Shown here in pieces: positions 10,815-22,204 of a stretch of DNA of 64,000 nt. The notes below the pieces were generated by a model. That model had not been told where the DNA came from. It searched no databases and was given only the letters and a program-made list of their open reading frames with translations. Position 1 is the stretch's first letter; each line of letters opens with the position of its first letter. The stretch is from Vicugna vicugna. Lineage: Eukaryota. The position numbers were made by a program, and so were the translations under genes. The DNA lies in contig MU058221.1 in NCBI GenBank assembly GCA_013265495.1, forward strand, positions 1,054,001 through 1,118,000. The letters run 5' to 3'.

Positions 10815-13418
10815 ACTTGATACAAGAAATGGTTGCAGACAGCAAGACCTCAAGAATGGAAGCCAATGACTAGCTGTCTCATCTGATAGGGTTTGTAGGC
10901 AGCGAGGATTTGTTCCAATAAGAAAATAACATTACTATAAAATTAGGAAGAATACAAAGATTCAGGAATACAGCAATGTTGAAGTGGATTTAATTGATGT
11001 GATTTGTTCACTTGACCTCGTTTGCCATGGCATGTAAAGAAAAAAAGAATGACCTAGAATAAAGTGCCCGTTGAAAGTAAAGCAACGAGAATGAGGTAGA
11101 CATGGATGGACAAGTGAATTAGATATACTGATCTATGCAGTAAAGCTTAATTAAATGAAACTACAATAATATAACTTGGGTCTACGTATGGTTACAGGAC
11201 CAATGAACTTTCATAACTTCCTTAAAACAGCCTCTTGTGTCATTTGTTTTAGGACCAAGGGGTCCAAATACAGAGGAAGTTAGAGCCTGTTGGTTGTCGA
11301 CTTACAGTGAATGCACAGCCATCTCAGATACTCCCTGTGAAGGTCACGCTGTTAGTTGGGGAGGACTGACAACCTAGAAGCTGGATGAGTGATGCTCAGT
11401 AGCATTTTTAGGCATTTAAGTCCTTGAATCCAAAATTCTAAGAGTATTTTTGTCTAGGTAGTAGTTCCTTTTCCATTATATTGATGACGTTTACTCTTCC
11501 TTTTTTAGAGAGAATCATAAAATCTGAGGAAGGAGACGTCTATTTCCTTCTATGTCCCCTTGTCTTACCTTCAGACACAAAAACAAACAAAACAGGGGGG
11601 AGGGTAAAGCTCAGTGGTGGAGTGCATGCCCGGTTCAATCCCTAGCTCCTCCATCAAACAAATAAACAAACAAATAAATAAATGAAACTTAATTACCTCC
11701 CCCCACAAAAAATAAAATAAATTAAAATAAAATAAAAACAAATTGACTCATTAATTAAATACAATGTTTAACCAAAGAAAGTAATTCCCACAAACTAAAG
11801 GGTTGTATTATTTTGATGAATTTTATCAGGAGCATTCAAAGGAATAAATAGGTGAAATGAGTTTCAAACATGCAAGAGCAGAGCTAAAGAAACAAAATTT
11901 TGAATCAGGACAAGTTTGCCCACATGACATGTTTATCAGATATATATTGCATTTTTTTTGCGCCAGCTCAACCTGCTAGAGATGATTCTCTTGGCTTGCT
12001 CAGTTGCAAAACTACAACCTAGGTTTAATAGTGGCCATCATTAAAAGAAGTTGAGAGGCCAGGAATTACAGTCTAATGTTAGGGAAGAAATCCAAAAACC
12101 TCAAGGGGGGTGAAGAACTTGGCTTGGTTTATCCTTTGGACCCATGAACCCAGTTTCTGCTAAGCCCTCTGAAAGAGGGTGAACGGAAATTTATTCATAA
12201 AACTTGGTCAGCTGGGGATGAAATGGAAGTTTATTGAACTGAAATAGTCTTCCTCATTTCTTCAGGGAGAAAGAGGTCCCAGAGTCACAGACATTGAGAA
12301 CCAGGACTTTGCCAGTACTCACACAAGACAGCAGGTCCTTCGGGGTCAGGCTGATTCGATCCAGTTGGTTGTTAATGGATTTTTGTGTCTTTAGGGTAGA
12401 GAATATATGAAAAAAATCTTAAGGTCTAATTTCAACATTATAATTGGAAACAACAGCAACTACAACAACAAGAACAAACTACGCCTGGCAGGAAGGCCCT
12501 AATGTGACTGAGGAAGTGATGCAGTCATGATTTTTCATTCAGCTCCCAGCATGTTTCTGTTCGTAGGTTAGACACGCTCAAATAGAGAAGGGCATTGACA
12601 GTAGTAAGGAAGGGTTCTGCGGCGCCCAGTGTGTATTTACTGCACATTTTCCTCTCTGCATGTTTCAAGGTGACCAGGGTTGTTTACTGGGTAACTGGGC
12701 TCTAGGGGACAATAAAATTCCCAGGTCTTTTGAGAATGACTGGACACTAGCTCTCTGTTATTACCATCCTTGGGAGACTCAGACCAGCTCTTTAGTCCAT
12801 CAGTTAAAGTGGATAGTTATGTGTATTGAATAATACACGGAGTTTTAGTTTGTAATTCAAGTAAGTTCACAGCCAGGCTGTCATCCTTTTCACCAGAACT
12901 AAGTATTCAGTCATCATGCAAACAAAAACTACTCCATTTTCCACACCAGAATAGTTTTGAAAACCTGGTAAATATATTTTCTGCATATTCTCTTATGAGG
13001 CATAGTCAGAATGATTCAGAGGGTCCTAGGGTAAATAAAAATCCAACATTTCCCCCTTCTTAAAATTTTGGATTTTTTTTTCATTATATGTAGGATTTTC
13101 TGGCATCTCAACTTCATTAAATGTTGGCCACTTGACCATCTGGGAGAATGCTCAGAGTGGCTTATTGTCTTCTAAAGTAAGAGCTATTTATGGTAGGTAG
13201 TGTCAACTTGAGCATTAGAAACTGACCTTCTCGTACAGTTAATTTAAAGCAACCCCCAGCCCATAGGGAATTGTAACAATTAATGAAAAATCTTAAAAGA
13301 TGATGATTCTTACCACATCTCTCTTTAATTCTGCTGTTTGAATTTGCAAAAGATTAACACTTTTTGGAGAATGATTTTGGATCATTGAAATCTTACTTAT
13401 GTGAAGATTCCAATTGCC
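10815..13418 (+). mobile_element. Decayed ERVL internal region (gag, protease, start of RT)
   Basis: A protease-like LDTSS lies at 12740-12754 in ERVL context (LLDTGSELTLIPGD...PVRVGAY). The RT start reads FNSAV* from 13324, then WRMILDH*NL...IPIA from 13365 after a frameshift, against ERVL FNSPIWPV...WRMTVDY..LN..V.PIA. Gag-like sequence lies near 11810-12100. Confidence 0.8.
11595..11734 (+). mobile_element. tRNA-derived SINE (camelid Vic-1-like) with A-rich tail
   Basis: GGGGGGAGGGTAAAGCTCAGTGGTGGAGTGCATGCCCGGTTCAATCCCTAGCTCCTCCA has A box agctcagtgg and B box ggttcaatcc. It is followed by (AAAT/AAAC)n, aacttaattacctcccccc and an A-rich tail. Confidence 0.9.
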
Positions 13419-14127
13419 TTATAAAGGTACAACTGAATCATCAGTTCAGAGAAAACACTTTGAAAATATATGGCACCAAACCCAGAAATCAGTCTATTTA
13501 TTCACTCAGCGACCATTAGAGAATTCTCCATCTCCAAATGAAAACGTGACCCCATATACCATGACTTCCAATGACTGAAGTGAGATTTTGTGTTTTCCAT
13601 CTCCACAACCACGGGCTCTACAACTGATGGTCCTGATCTTAAAAGTGTTAAATGGAGAAAGACTGAGTATTTACAGTTATGATTGGGAAGAGGGCAAAGA
13701 TGTCTATATGTCATGTTTCAATTTCATGTTGTTGTTTATTTATTTTTTTGTTTGTTTGTTTACACAGACCTCACAGGTACATTTATTCATGCACGAGGGC
13801 AGCGGCATGTCTACAAGTCAACACAACGTCCCACATTCCCAACCAACATGGCCAGACTGACTTTCCATCCACATAAGGCTGGTTAATGGGAATCACAAGC
13901 AGGGGCAGGATTTCCATTCAATATAGTACTGACCATTCCAGACAGTACAAAAAGACAAAAAGTCATACTAAAATATAGAGATTATCAAGAAAGTAGTAAA
14001 ACTATATTTATTCACAAATTGCATTATCATCTGTGTAGAAACTTCTCAGATATGTACCAAAAAATTGACTAGAACTACTTGGTTTAGAGTGTTTGTAGAT
14101 TATAAGATCTTTGAAAAGTGTCCTTTG

Positions 14128-14560
14128 CATTTACATAATGATGAAAGGGTCAATTAACCAGGAAGACATAAAAATTATAAACATATATGCACCTGACATC
14201 TAAGCATTAAATATATGAAGCAAATATTGACAAAGCTAAAGGGAAAACAGAAAACATCAAAATACAAGTAAGAGATTACAATACTTCATTTTCAATAATG
14301 GGCAGAATACCCAGACACAGATCAATAAGAAAATAGAGGACTTGAACAGCTCTATTTACTGAATAGATATACATAAAACATTCCACACAGTAGAAGCAGA
14401 ATACACATTATTTTCAAGCAAGTACAAAACATTCTTCAGCATAGATTACATGTTAAGTAATAAAATAAGTCTGAACAAATTTTAAAAGAGTGAAATAATA
14501 CCGAGTGTTTTTCTCAACACATTAGAATAAAGCTGGAAAGCAACAGCATCAGGAAAACAA
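14128..14560 (+). mobile_element. LINE-1 ORF2 endonuclease-domain remnant
   Basis: Translates as YIMMKGSINQEDIKIINIYAPD and later EYTLFS and FFSIDYMLS, which are L1 endonuclease motifs, broken by stops and frameshifts. Confidence 0.9.
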
Positions 14561-14569
14561 GTATATAGC

Positions 14570-14920
14570 AAATAGCAGGTGTTAATGAGGATGTGGGGAA
14601 GGTAGAATCCTTGTACACTGTCGGTGGGCATGCAAAACGAAGCAATCACTATGTAAGTCATTACGGAGTTTCTTCAAGAGATTAAAGATTAAATTAAAAG
14701 AACATAAATCAAGATCTTGAAGAGATATTTGCATTTCCATGTTAATGGCAGTATTATTCACAATAGCCAAGAGATGGAAATTGCATAACTGTTCATTAAT
14801 ATATAAATGAGTAAAGAAAATATGGTGTATACATATAATGGAATAGTATTTAGTCATGAAAAAAGAAAGAAATTTTGTCATATGATACAACATCATTGTG
14901 CCTCGAGAACATTATACTAC
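14570..14920 (+). mobile_element. LINE-1 ORF2 C-terminal / 3'UTR remnant (L1MA/MB-like)
   Basis: gaggatgtggggaaggtagaatccttgtacactgtcggtggg...tattattcacaatagccaagagatggaaa...aatggaatagtatttagtcatgaaaaaga. Confidence 0.85.
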
Positions 14921-14929
14921 ATTCCCCAA

Positions 14930-16150
14930 GTTGGGGAATATGCTCACAACTCTTACAAGCATAACAATAGTTTAATATTTTTCTAGAAGTTTTAGAAGTT
15001 TTAATTAGACAAGAAAACAAAATAAGTATCATGATTATTGAAAAAAGAGAAACAAATATTTCTGCTTATTGGTGATATGATTATTCTTTAGAAAATAACC
15101 CAATGAATCAAATTTAAGTAAATAGGATTAATTTGATGTATAATAAAATAGTAGCTTCATGGTAAAGAATTATTTTTGAGAAGCAAAAATAGTATTTCAT
15201 AGGTGATCATTTGTTAGAATCTATCAAATTTCTTGACTGAACAACATTTCTACCAAAATAACAACATATATTTTGATTGAATAACTCAAAATATTGAAAA
15301 ATATCCAATTAAATAGATTATTTGACAAATGGCTTTGATGCAATTTCTAATTCTCTAATTACTTAGGAAAAGATTAAAGTTAGATTCTTTTCCAAATTTA
15401 CTGAAAACAAATTTAGAACAAATACATATATTTGAGAAATTATTAAAATATTCAACTGCAAAATATATAGATTTTTTTGGCTGAGGAATAACTACTAGTC
15501 CAAAGATGGTGACGATTAAGGGGTGTATTTAAATATATAAAAATTATAAAATAGCAAAATACTTCTGGAAATATTAGCAATATATATGACAAATATAAGT
15601 TCAGCATTACTATTTCATTAGCAGATCTTACAAATCAATAAAATATTAACTAGGAGAAAAATGGAAAAAAATACATTTAATGTAATTTATAAAGGCAGTC
15701 ATTTAAATGACTAACAGGCATTTAAATAAGTGTTTTACTTCAGTAAGTTATCAACTTAATGGAATTTTAAAAATGACTAGGTGTCACATTTTCCTGTTTA
15801 ATAATCAAAGCCAAAAATTGGTGGTAATATTTATCACTGACTACAATGTACTGATAGCAATACTGTCATAAATATTAAATAGAATAAAAACTCATCATTC
15901 TTTTAAATGTATATTTGGCACCATTTAGAAATAGTTTAAAAGTGTATATGTTTTTTGACTAAAGCATTCTTTTCATTGAATTTATTATAACTAAAAAATA
16001 AAATGTGACTGTTTCAGCAATGTTCATAAAAGTTGTTTATAGAAATAAAAATTGGAATTATATAAAATGCTAACCATATGTTTAAAGTTCTATTAGTACC
16101 ATAAAATGGTAAGTGGAGTGTGCTCAGCACAGAAAAAATACATAAACATA
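14930..16150 (+). mobile_element. Very old LINE-1 (L1ME-like) ORF2/3' remnants
   Basis: A-rich sequence with taattagacaagaaaacaaaataag...ttattggtgatatgattatt (GDMI, a degenerate ADDM) and collinear downstream L1 motifs. Confidence 0.55.
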
Positions 16151-16289
16151 TTAAAATTATTGTGATTTTTACATAAATCTTCAAGGAATACCAAACTTGA
16201 ATTTGAGATTTATTTTAAACATAAACTTCTATAGAATCTATCTATGATAAAATGTTTGTTTTTTTCTCTTGGCTTTGGACTCAGTGATA

Positions 16290-16398
16290 AGTTTTTTATT
16301 ATTTCCTTCTTCCAGTTTCATAGAAATATAAATTGACATACAGCACTTTGTAAGTTTAAGGGGTTGCATAATGGTTTAATTTACATACATATTGAAAT
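16290..16398 (-). mobile_element. LINE-1 extreme 3' end fragment
   Basis: ccagtttcatagaaatataaattgacatacagcactttgtaagtttaaggg...atttacatacatattgaaat is the reverse of an L1MA9-like terminus. Confidence 0.7.
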
Positions 16399-17039
16399 AT
16401 TTCTTTTTAATATTTTATTGGAAAATAAAGAGAATTAAAAGTGAACAATAATTATTCATATTTTCACCAAAGATATCATCATTTGTATTCTTCCAGATGA
16501 AATATATAAAAATATCATAAATATTTACTGACATTTTCAGCCAGTTATCTCCATGTATGCTTGTACTACATCTGATTTACCTATCTGAGAAATTTGGAGA
16601 TTCACATTGTTTACAATTTTTTCTATTATAAACAACATCGTGATAAATATTGTTCAAAATGGCTTTTAAGTGAGTAAAGAATGAAAGAAAATTTGCATGA
16701 AGTTAGATTCAAGATATAGAACTCTCCCCTTAGATGCTACCCAGAATAACACAAGATCTGGGAAGGTCCCCTACGAATCTCAAGCTACCTACAAGGATTG
16801 ATCAGATAAAGCATGCTTAGTATCAAATCTAATAGACAAGCTTATTATTTTTAGAAATTATTCATAATGTCTATCATAATATTAAATAACTTCTCTCTAC
16901 TGGCTTAGATTCTTTATTGTCAAAATGGCTTATATGCATCTAAAGTATTGACTTAAGAAAGGCAGATATTTCAGACATGATAAATTTAGATACTAATCAA
17001 TTTGAATTTCTATCAAGCAATACATGCCAGCTGCTTTCT

Positions 17040-17130
17040 TGTATAAACTTAACTAATTTCCCCAAAGAGATACAAAGTAGTCCCTATCATTCATAATCCA
17101 GGAAACTGAGGCACAGAGGGAGAGGTGCCT
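17040..17130 (-). mobile_element. MIR fragment
   Basis: Contains the core motif aggaaactgaggcacagagg. Confidence 0.55.
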
Positions 17131-17499
17131 CCTTAGCTTTAGTGCCATAATATAAATAAAATTGGACCTTCAAAGACATGGCTCTTGCTGCTCTTTCAGA
17201 TAACGCTATAATATGCATTTGTCTAAATACGGCTCTGTGAAATAACATTTAGACAGACAGCATTCTAGTCTACACAGGTACTGGATGCACGCTGCATACA
17301 TAGTTTTTATAACTTTGTAGTGATCTAATAAAACCTAAAAGCATAAAAATACAAAATTCACATTAAGTGAGTGTGAATTCACTTAAAATATTTGACTTAT
17401 AAGCAACTTTTTGATGTTTGATATTAAAACAAGCAGAAAGAAATTGTCTACTATGTTGACAAAGAGAAGGGATCACAATGCTGCTCCTCATAGTCCCCA

Positions 17500-17642
17500 T
17501 ACATATTACACAGACGTCTTTTTAACATGCAGACTCTATTTCAGTAGGTCTGGAGTGAAGCCTAAGAATTTGCATTTCTAACAAGCGTCTCCGTCTCCGT
17601 GATGCTAATGTAACACATCCAAGGACTGCACTTTGAATAACA
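17500..17642. mobile_element. MER5A-like hAT-Charlie MITE
   Basis: ttcagtaggtctggagtgaagcctaagaatttgcatttctaacaagc...gtgatgctaatg...gactgcactttgaataaca. Confidence 0.8.
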
Positions 17643-18250
17643 ATTGATTATAAGGCTAATTATTTATAATTAAAAACCAGAAGCTTCCTTTTTAACAGGA
17701 GGTACTGAAATGCAGACGGAAAATCTACACAAGTGTTTTTAAACCATATTAAAAACAGCAAGCACTAAAATACATTGTTCATGACTTTTCAACTTTCATT
17801 GATTAGATCGGTTAACACTGGTACAAAGTCACAGTGTCTGTTGCATCCATGTGTCTACATGAAACGTTCAGCTTCTTGCTCTCAGCAGGTACGGTCTCAT
17901 TAGCGCCCGTGATTTAAAAAGCTTGACTTTCTCCCAGCAAGATGCAGTTTTATTAATACATGCTATATTTATATATCTCTCCTTTTATGATGTTATTATG
18001 TGCAGCCAAATGTATAGTTATTACTCCAGGACCTGTTTACTTCATAAACACAGCCTGCTAAAGGTGTGAATCTTACCAGGGTGCTTTGCATAACTGTATG
18101 AGGGTGCACATTAAACAAAAATGACTGAAGAATAAATGAAAATAATAACTTGGCATAAATGGCGAGCAAGATGACAAGGGTAACAAAATAAGAGCCGTGA
18201 GAAGAATGTTTACTTGCTGCTGTTAAACGTGAATGTTATTATTTTTGATG

Positions 18251-18317
18251 ACACATATATATATATATATATACACACATATAAATATATGTACATAAAT
18301 ATACATACATATATATA

Positions 18318-18364
<47 letters not shown>
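18251..18364. repeat. Compound (TA)n/(CA)n microsatellite
   Basis: Seen directly. Confidence 0.95.
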
Positions 18365-18437
18365 CTATCATTTAGAAGAATTGTGAATTGGTTACTAAAT
18401 ATATTGCCTGAAATATTTTATTTGTTTTTTCTTAGCA

Positions 18438-18645
18438 CTGTGGTGTGATGATAAATGCTTACCAATGAATTTTCTGTAATTAAAAAAAAAACCAGATTGG
18501 TAGTATTTCCAAATTTCCACAGCATAAAAATTTGCCATGGTCAGTTTCAAGCAACCGACGTGACATTCCTGAGCACAAAGCTGGGAAACAAGATGCTCCA
18601 GTGAGCTCTTCCAATCCAGTGGAAATCATTCTCAGTAGACCACTG
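18438..18645. mobile_element. MER63-like hAT (Blackjack) element
   Basis: Terminal inverted repeats are ctgtggtgtgatg and cagtagaccactg. The interior ccatggtcagtttcaagcaaccgacgtgacattcctgagcacaaagctgggaa matches MER63A as recalled. Confidence 0.8.
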
Positions 18646-19011
18646 ACGCTGATACGGCAACGCTGACCACCGCTTTGTGCTCACAATGTGTGTCACAGTA
18701 ACTGTCGATGGGCATTCTTTATAGAATCTAATAAATGTTTTCCATAATAAAATGTGGAAGATGCAAGCGAAATAAAGATAAAATTATTAATAAGTCTAAC
18801 ACTCAAAGAATAACCATTCCTTACTTTTCTACACCTTTGAAAATTTTATTAAAATACTTCTATGCGTGTTTTACAAAATTGAAAATTATTTTATTTTTGT
18901 GTTCTACTCATTTAATTAGTAATTTATTGACATTTTCAACAATTAGCTCCTATTCTTTAAAAATACATGATACCTAAGGAAGCTATATTTTATCAATATA
19001 CTAAAATAGCA

Positions 19012-19395
19012 GGGGGGAATCAAGATGGCGGCAAAAGAGGACATGGAGCTCACCTGCCCCCACCAAGGCATTAGAAATACATTTACCTGTGAGCAGTTCT
19101 CACTGGAAACCACCTGGAAACTAGCAGAAGGACTCCTGTACAACCAAGGCTGTAAGGAAGTTGCACACAGTCAGGTAGAAAGGGAAGAAAAGTGCTTGGA
19201 CCTGTGACCCTGGAAGGGGATTCAGGGGAAAGGGGAGATTAAATGCATGAACACGTGCCCAGGAGGGAGTAGCCTGAGTCACAGATTGTGCAACCCAGTG
19301 CTGCAGTCCCACACTGGGTGACAAACCCCCACTGTTGGTTGGAGGACCACTGGGACTAACAGAAGAGCAGTGAAGAGCCTGGACTTTGCTCTTGA
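19012..19395 (+). mobile_element. LINE-1 5'UTR start (internal promoter region)
   Basis: It begins GGGGGGAATCAAGATGGCGG, a G run plus a YY1-type site at 19021-19031. It continues gaggacatggagctcacct...ctggaaactagcagaaggactcc, typical of laurasiatherian L1 5' ends. Confidence 0.8.
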
Positions 19396-20160
19396 ATCAG
19401 AAAGATGCTTTCTTCTGCATACCCCTCAGCCCCAGTCCCAATATTTATTTGCCTTCCTGTGGAACTTTCCCAATGGGTCTCAATGCCAGTTAACCTGGAC
19501 AGTGCAACCACAGGGATTTAGAGACAGCCCTTACCTCTTTGGGTAAGCCTTGGCCCAAGATTTCCAGGACATACAGCTGGAAAAGGGGTCATTCTCTGGT
19601 GTATGGATGACCTTCTTACCTGTTCTCCTGCCTGAGAATGGGCCATTCAACATGCAGTCCAAAGTCTTAGCTTCTTGGCTGAGCAAGGATGTAAGATTTC
19701 CAGCTCTAAGGCCAAGATGGGCACACAAGAGGTGACTTATTTAAGAGTTGTCCTGGCTCCTGGGAACCGTAGCCTTTCCTCTGAATGAATTCAGGGATTC
19801 TTACAACCCCCTGATCCCACTACCCTAAAGCAGCTCAGGGCATTTCCTGGACTAAGAGGTCACTGCAGGCTTTGGATCCCTAACTATGAGAGCCCAACTG
19901 CTCTATGACAGTTCAAAGGGTAAGAATGACTCAGTGGTGTCCTGCCAGCAGGAAGCAATGGAAGAATTTTAAAATGTCTTAATGAGAGTCCCAGCTCTGG
20001 GGCTTCCAGATCCCACAAGGCCCTTCCTGTTGTGTGTTCATGCGAGGGGAGGAATCACCTTGGGATCCTCACCCAGCAGCTCGGCGCCGCCCAGTGGCCC
20101 CTGGGCTACCTCTCCAGGAGGCCAGATCCCACTGCTCGAGGCGGACCCTTGTGTCTAACA
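19396..20160 (+). mobile_element. pol: Decayed ERV1 (gammaretrovirus-like) pol fragment: RT and connection region
   Basis: Motifs are KDAFFCIPL (from 19401), [25 protein letters not shown] (QGFRDSP 19511-19531), CMDD in place of YxDD (19600-19611), KQLRAFPGLRGHCRLWIPNY, PALGLPDPTRPFLL and GILTQQLG...PLGYLSRRPDPTARG. Several stops and frameshifts are present. Confidence 0.92.
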
Positions 20161-21834
20161 GTGTTGGGAGAAAACTCCCAGGGTATCAAAGAGGACATTG
20201 GATGGATAAAACTATGCAAATCTTCATATTGCATAAACAGTAGGTAAAGAATTGAGATGGTATGTTAATAAATACCAGTGCAAACCATTATTTATAGACA
20301 GCATATTCATTGCCAGTAGCAATAATCTAGAAAGACTTGTTTCTGTAGGTCTCTGTGGAGGAGCACCGAGGTGGCAAAGCCTGCATCCTGGGACGACCGT
20401 TTTTCATTATAATCCTTTGTGCATATATTTTTACTCCAATAAAATAAAAAAATTAATAAGAAGAATTAATTTGACAAAAGATCATAGATACACTGAATGA
20501 GAAAAATTGAGAACGTGAGGAAATAAAGACAAAAAATGAAAGCTTAGGAAATGGAACAAGCGGACATGATGACGTCCTGATTCAGATGTAAGCTTAGCAC
20601 AAAGGGATCAATGGGCGAGTTCAAAGAAATGGCCGGATCTGAGTCAAGGTAGGGGGGAAAGTCTGTGCCTTTGTCTCGGGATTCAGGCCATTTGTTCTTC
20701 AGACTTTTACAAGTCTTAAAACTCATTTCATCAAACAAGTTTATAAAATTGAGTTGTTACTATTAAAAAATAAAATTCTCCAGCATGCCAGTTACTCTTT
20801 TCATCACAGACAGTCACTCTAGCACAGGAATCCTATAGAGTGACTTGGTGGGGTGGTGCTTTATTAATAGAAATGTGAGGGGAAGAAAAGGACGTTTCTA
20901 ACGGTAAATCAACAGGCAGAAGCCCGCGACAGGACCAGCTCCACGCTGGGGCACACAGCAAGAACCACCGAGAACGAGCTAGTCTTCCAGCTTTGGTGCG
21001 TAGCAGAGGACACTGATGAAGCTGGGCACTGCTTCCAGTTCTTGTCTTGGGAAACTATCAGATAGAAAACATACTGATTTTAAGAATGCAGAAGAGAAAT
21101 CGTAGGAAAAAAAAGATTTTGTTGATCAAGTCCAACTTATTGATGTGGTTGGAACCACTGATCCCAAACTTGCTAACCACGTCCTGATAATCTTCTCCCT
21201 ACTGAACAATGCTGGGCTTCTTTCTGCCCTTTCTTGCTTCTGTGCTTTATTATTCTCTTAGGTTGTTTGGAGAACAATAACAATTAGCAATATTAGCAAT
21301 AATAATATTTAAAGTTATATGTCCATTCACCATATACTCAGCATTACTTCTATTTTATTTTATTTATTAAGTGAGGAGGTTCTAAGGCCGTTACAGCCCC
21401 TTAATTCTGATTTTGTGAAGTACAATTGGATATTCAAAAAGTGGTAGTATCAAGGGGTGACTCTGGGGATTTATTAATTTTGAGACAAGTATCCTAACCT
21501 GAATCTTATTCAATTGTCATGGTTAAGTCCTTCCTATGTAGATACGCTATATTTGCCAGATCCAAATTCCTTCAAGAGCCAAGGAGATAGTAAAAATGTG
21601 TGGGATCAATGCATATAGGAATTCAGAGATTTAGGAAATAGTGCCTGGTCATGCCTAGTCTACAAGCATTCTCATTTAAATAAATTTAAATCAATATAGT
21701 CACTTAATTAGCAAGTATAAATATGAACGTTGGAATTGGATTGTATGCATCAATTTTTTATTTTATATAAATCTGTTTATCTAGCTAGCTAGCCACCTAG
21801 ATAGCTGTCACCTAAGTCTGTCAGTTAACTTCCG

Positions 21835-22204
21835 TGTAAATCTCCATCATGGATTCTCTTGCTGACTCATTCAGATCCCCTTTACGCTGATTGTGCAGAC
21901 ATAGCCCGGACTCTGTTGGCATAGGCTACTAATGGCTCACAGGAGCCCCCAGTCCAAAGGAATGTCGTCAGGCAGGCAGGAGCCACGGTGTCCATCAAGT
22001 GATTAAATGGTTAACTTAGGAGTGCAGGATTCTGACCCTCTTTGGCTTAACCAGAGGAGAAATGCACGTTAAGTTCCAGATAGCATCCCCACTGAGGCGA
22101 GTCTCTGGCTGAGTCTACACACCGGCCCTGCTGGTTCCCCTTGCCCTCGACGGCCTGAATGGGATCCACATCTCAGCTTCTCCTCCGTCATTCAACCTGT
22201 GACA
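21835..22204 (+). mobile_element. ERVL solo LTR (LTR16-like)
   Basis: Bounded by TG...CA. The segments ttcagatcccctttac, ctactaatggctcacagg and atccacatctcagcttctcc...caacctgtgaca fit the LTR16 family. Confidence 0.7.

Noticed and set aside
11595..11655. tRNA gene
   Set aside because: It has A and B boxes, but the anticodon region is deleted and a SINE body and A-rich tail follow. The copy at 2774-2861 has a TSD. Both are SINEs.
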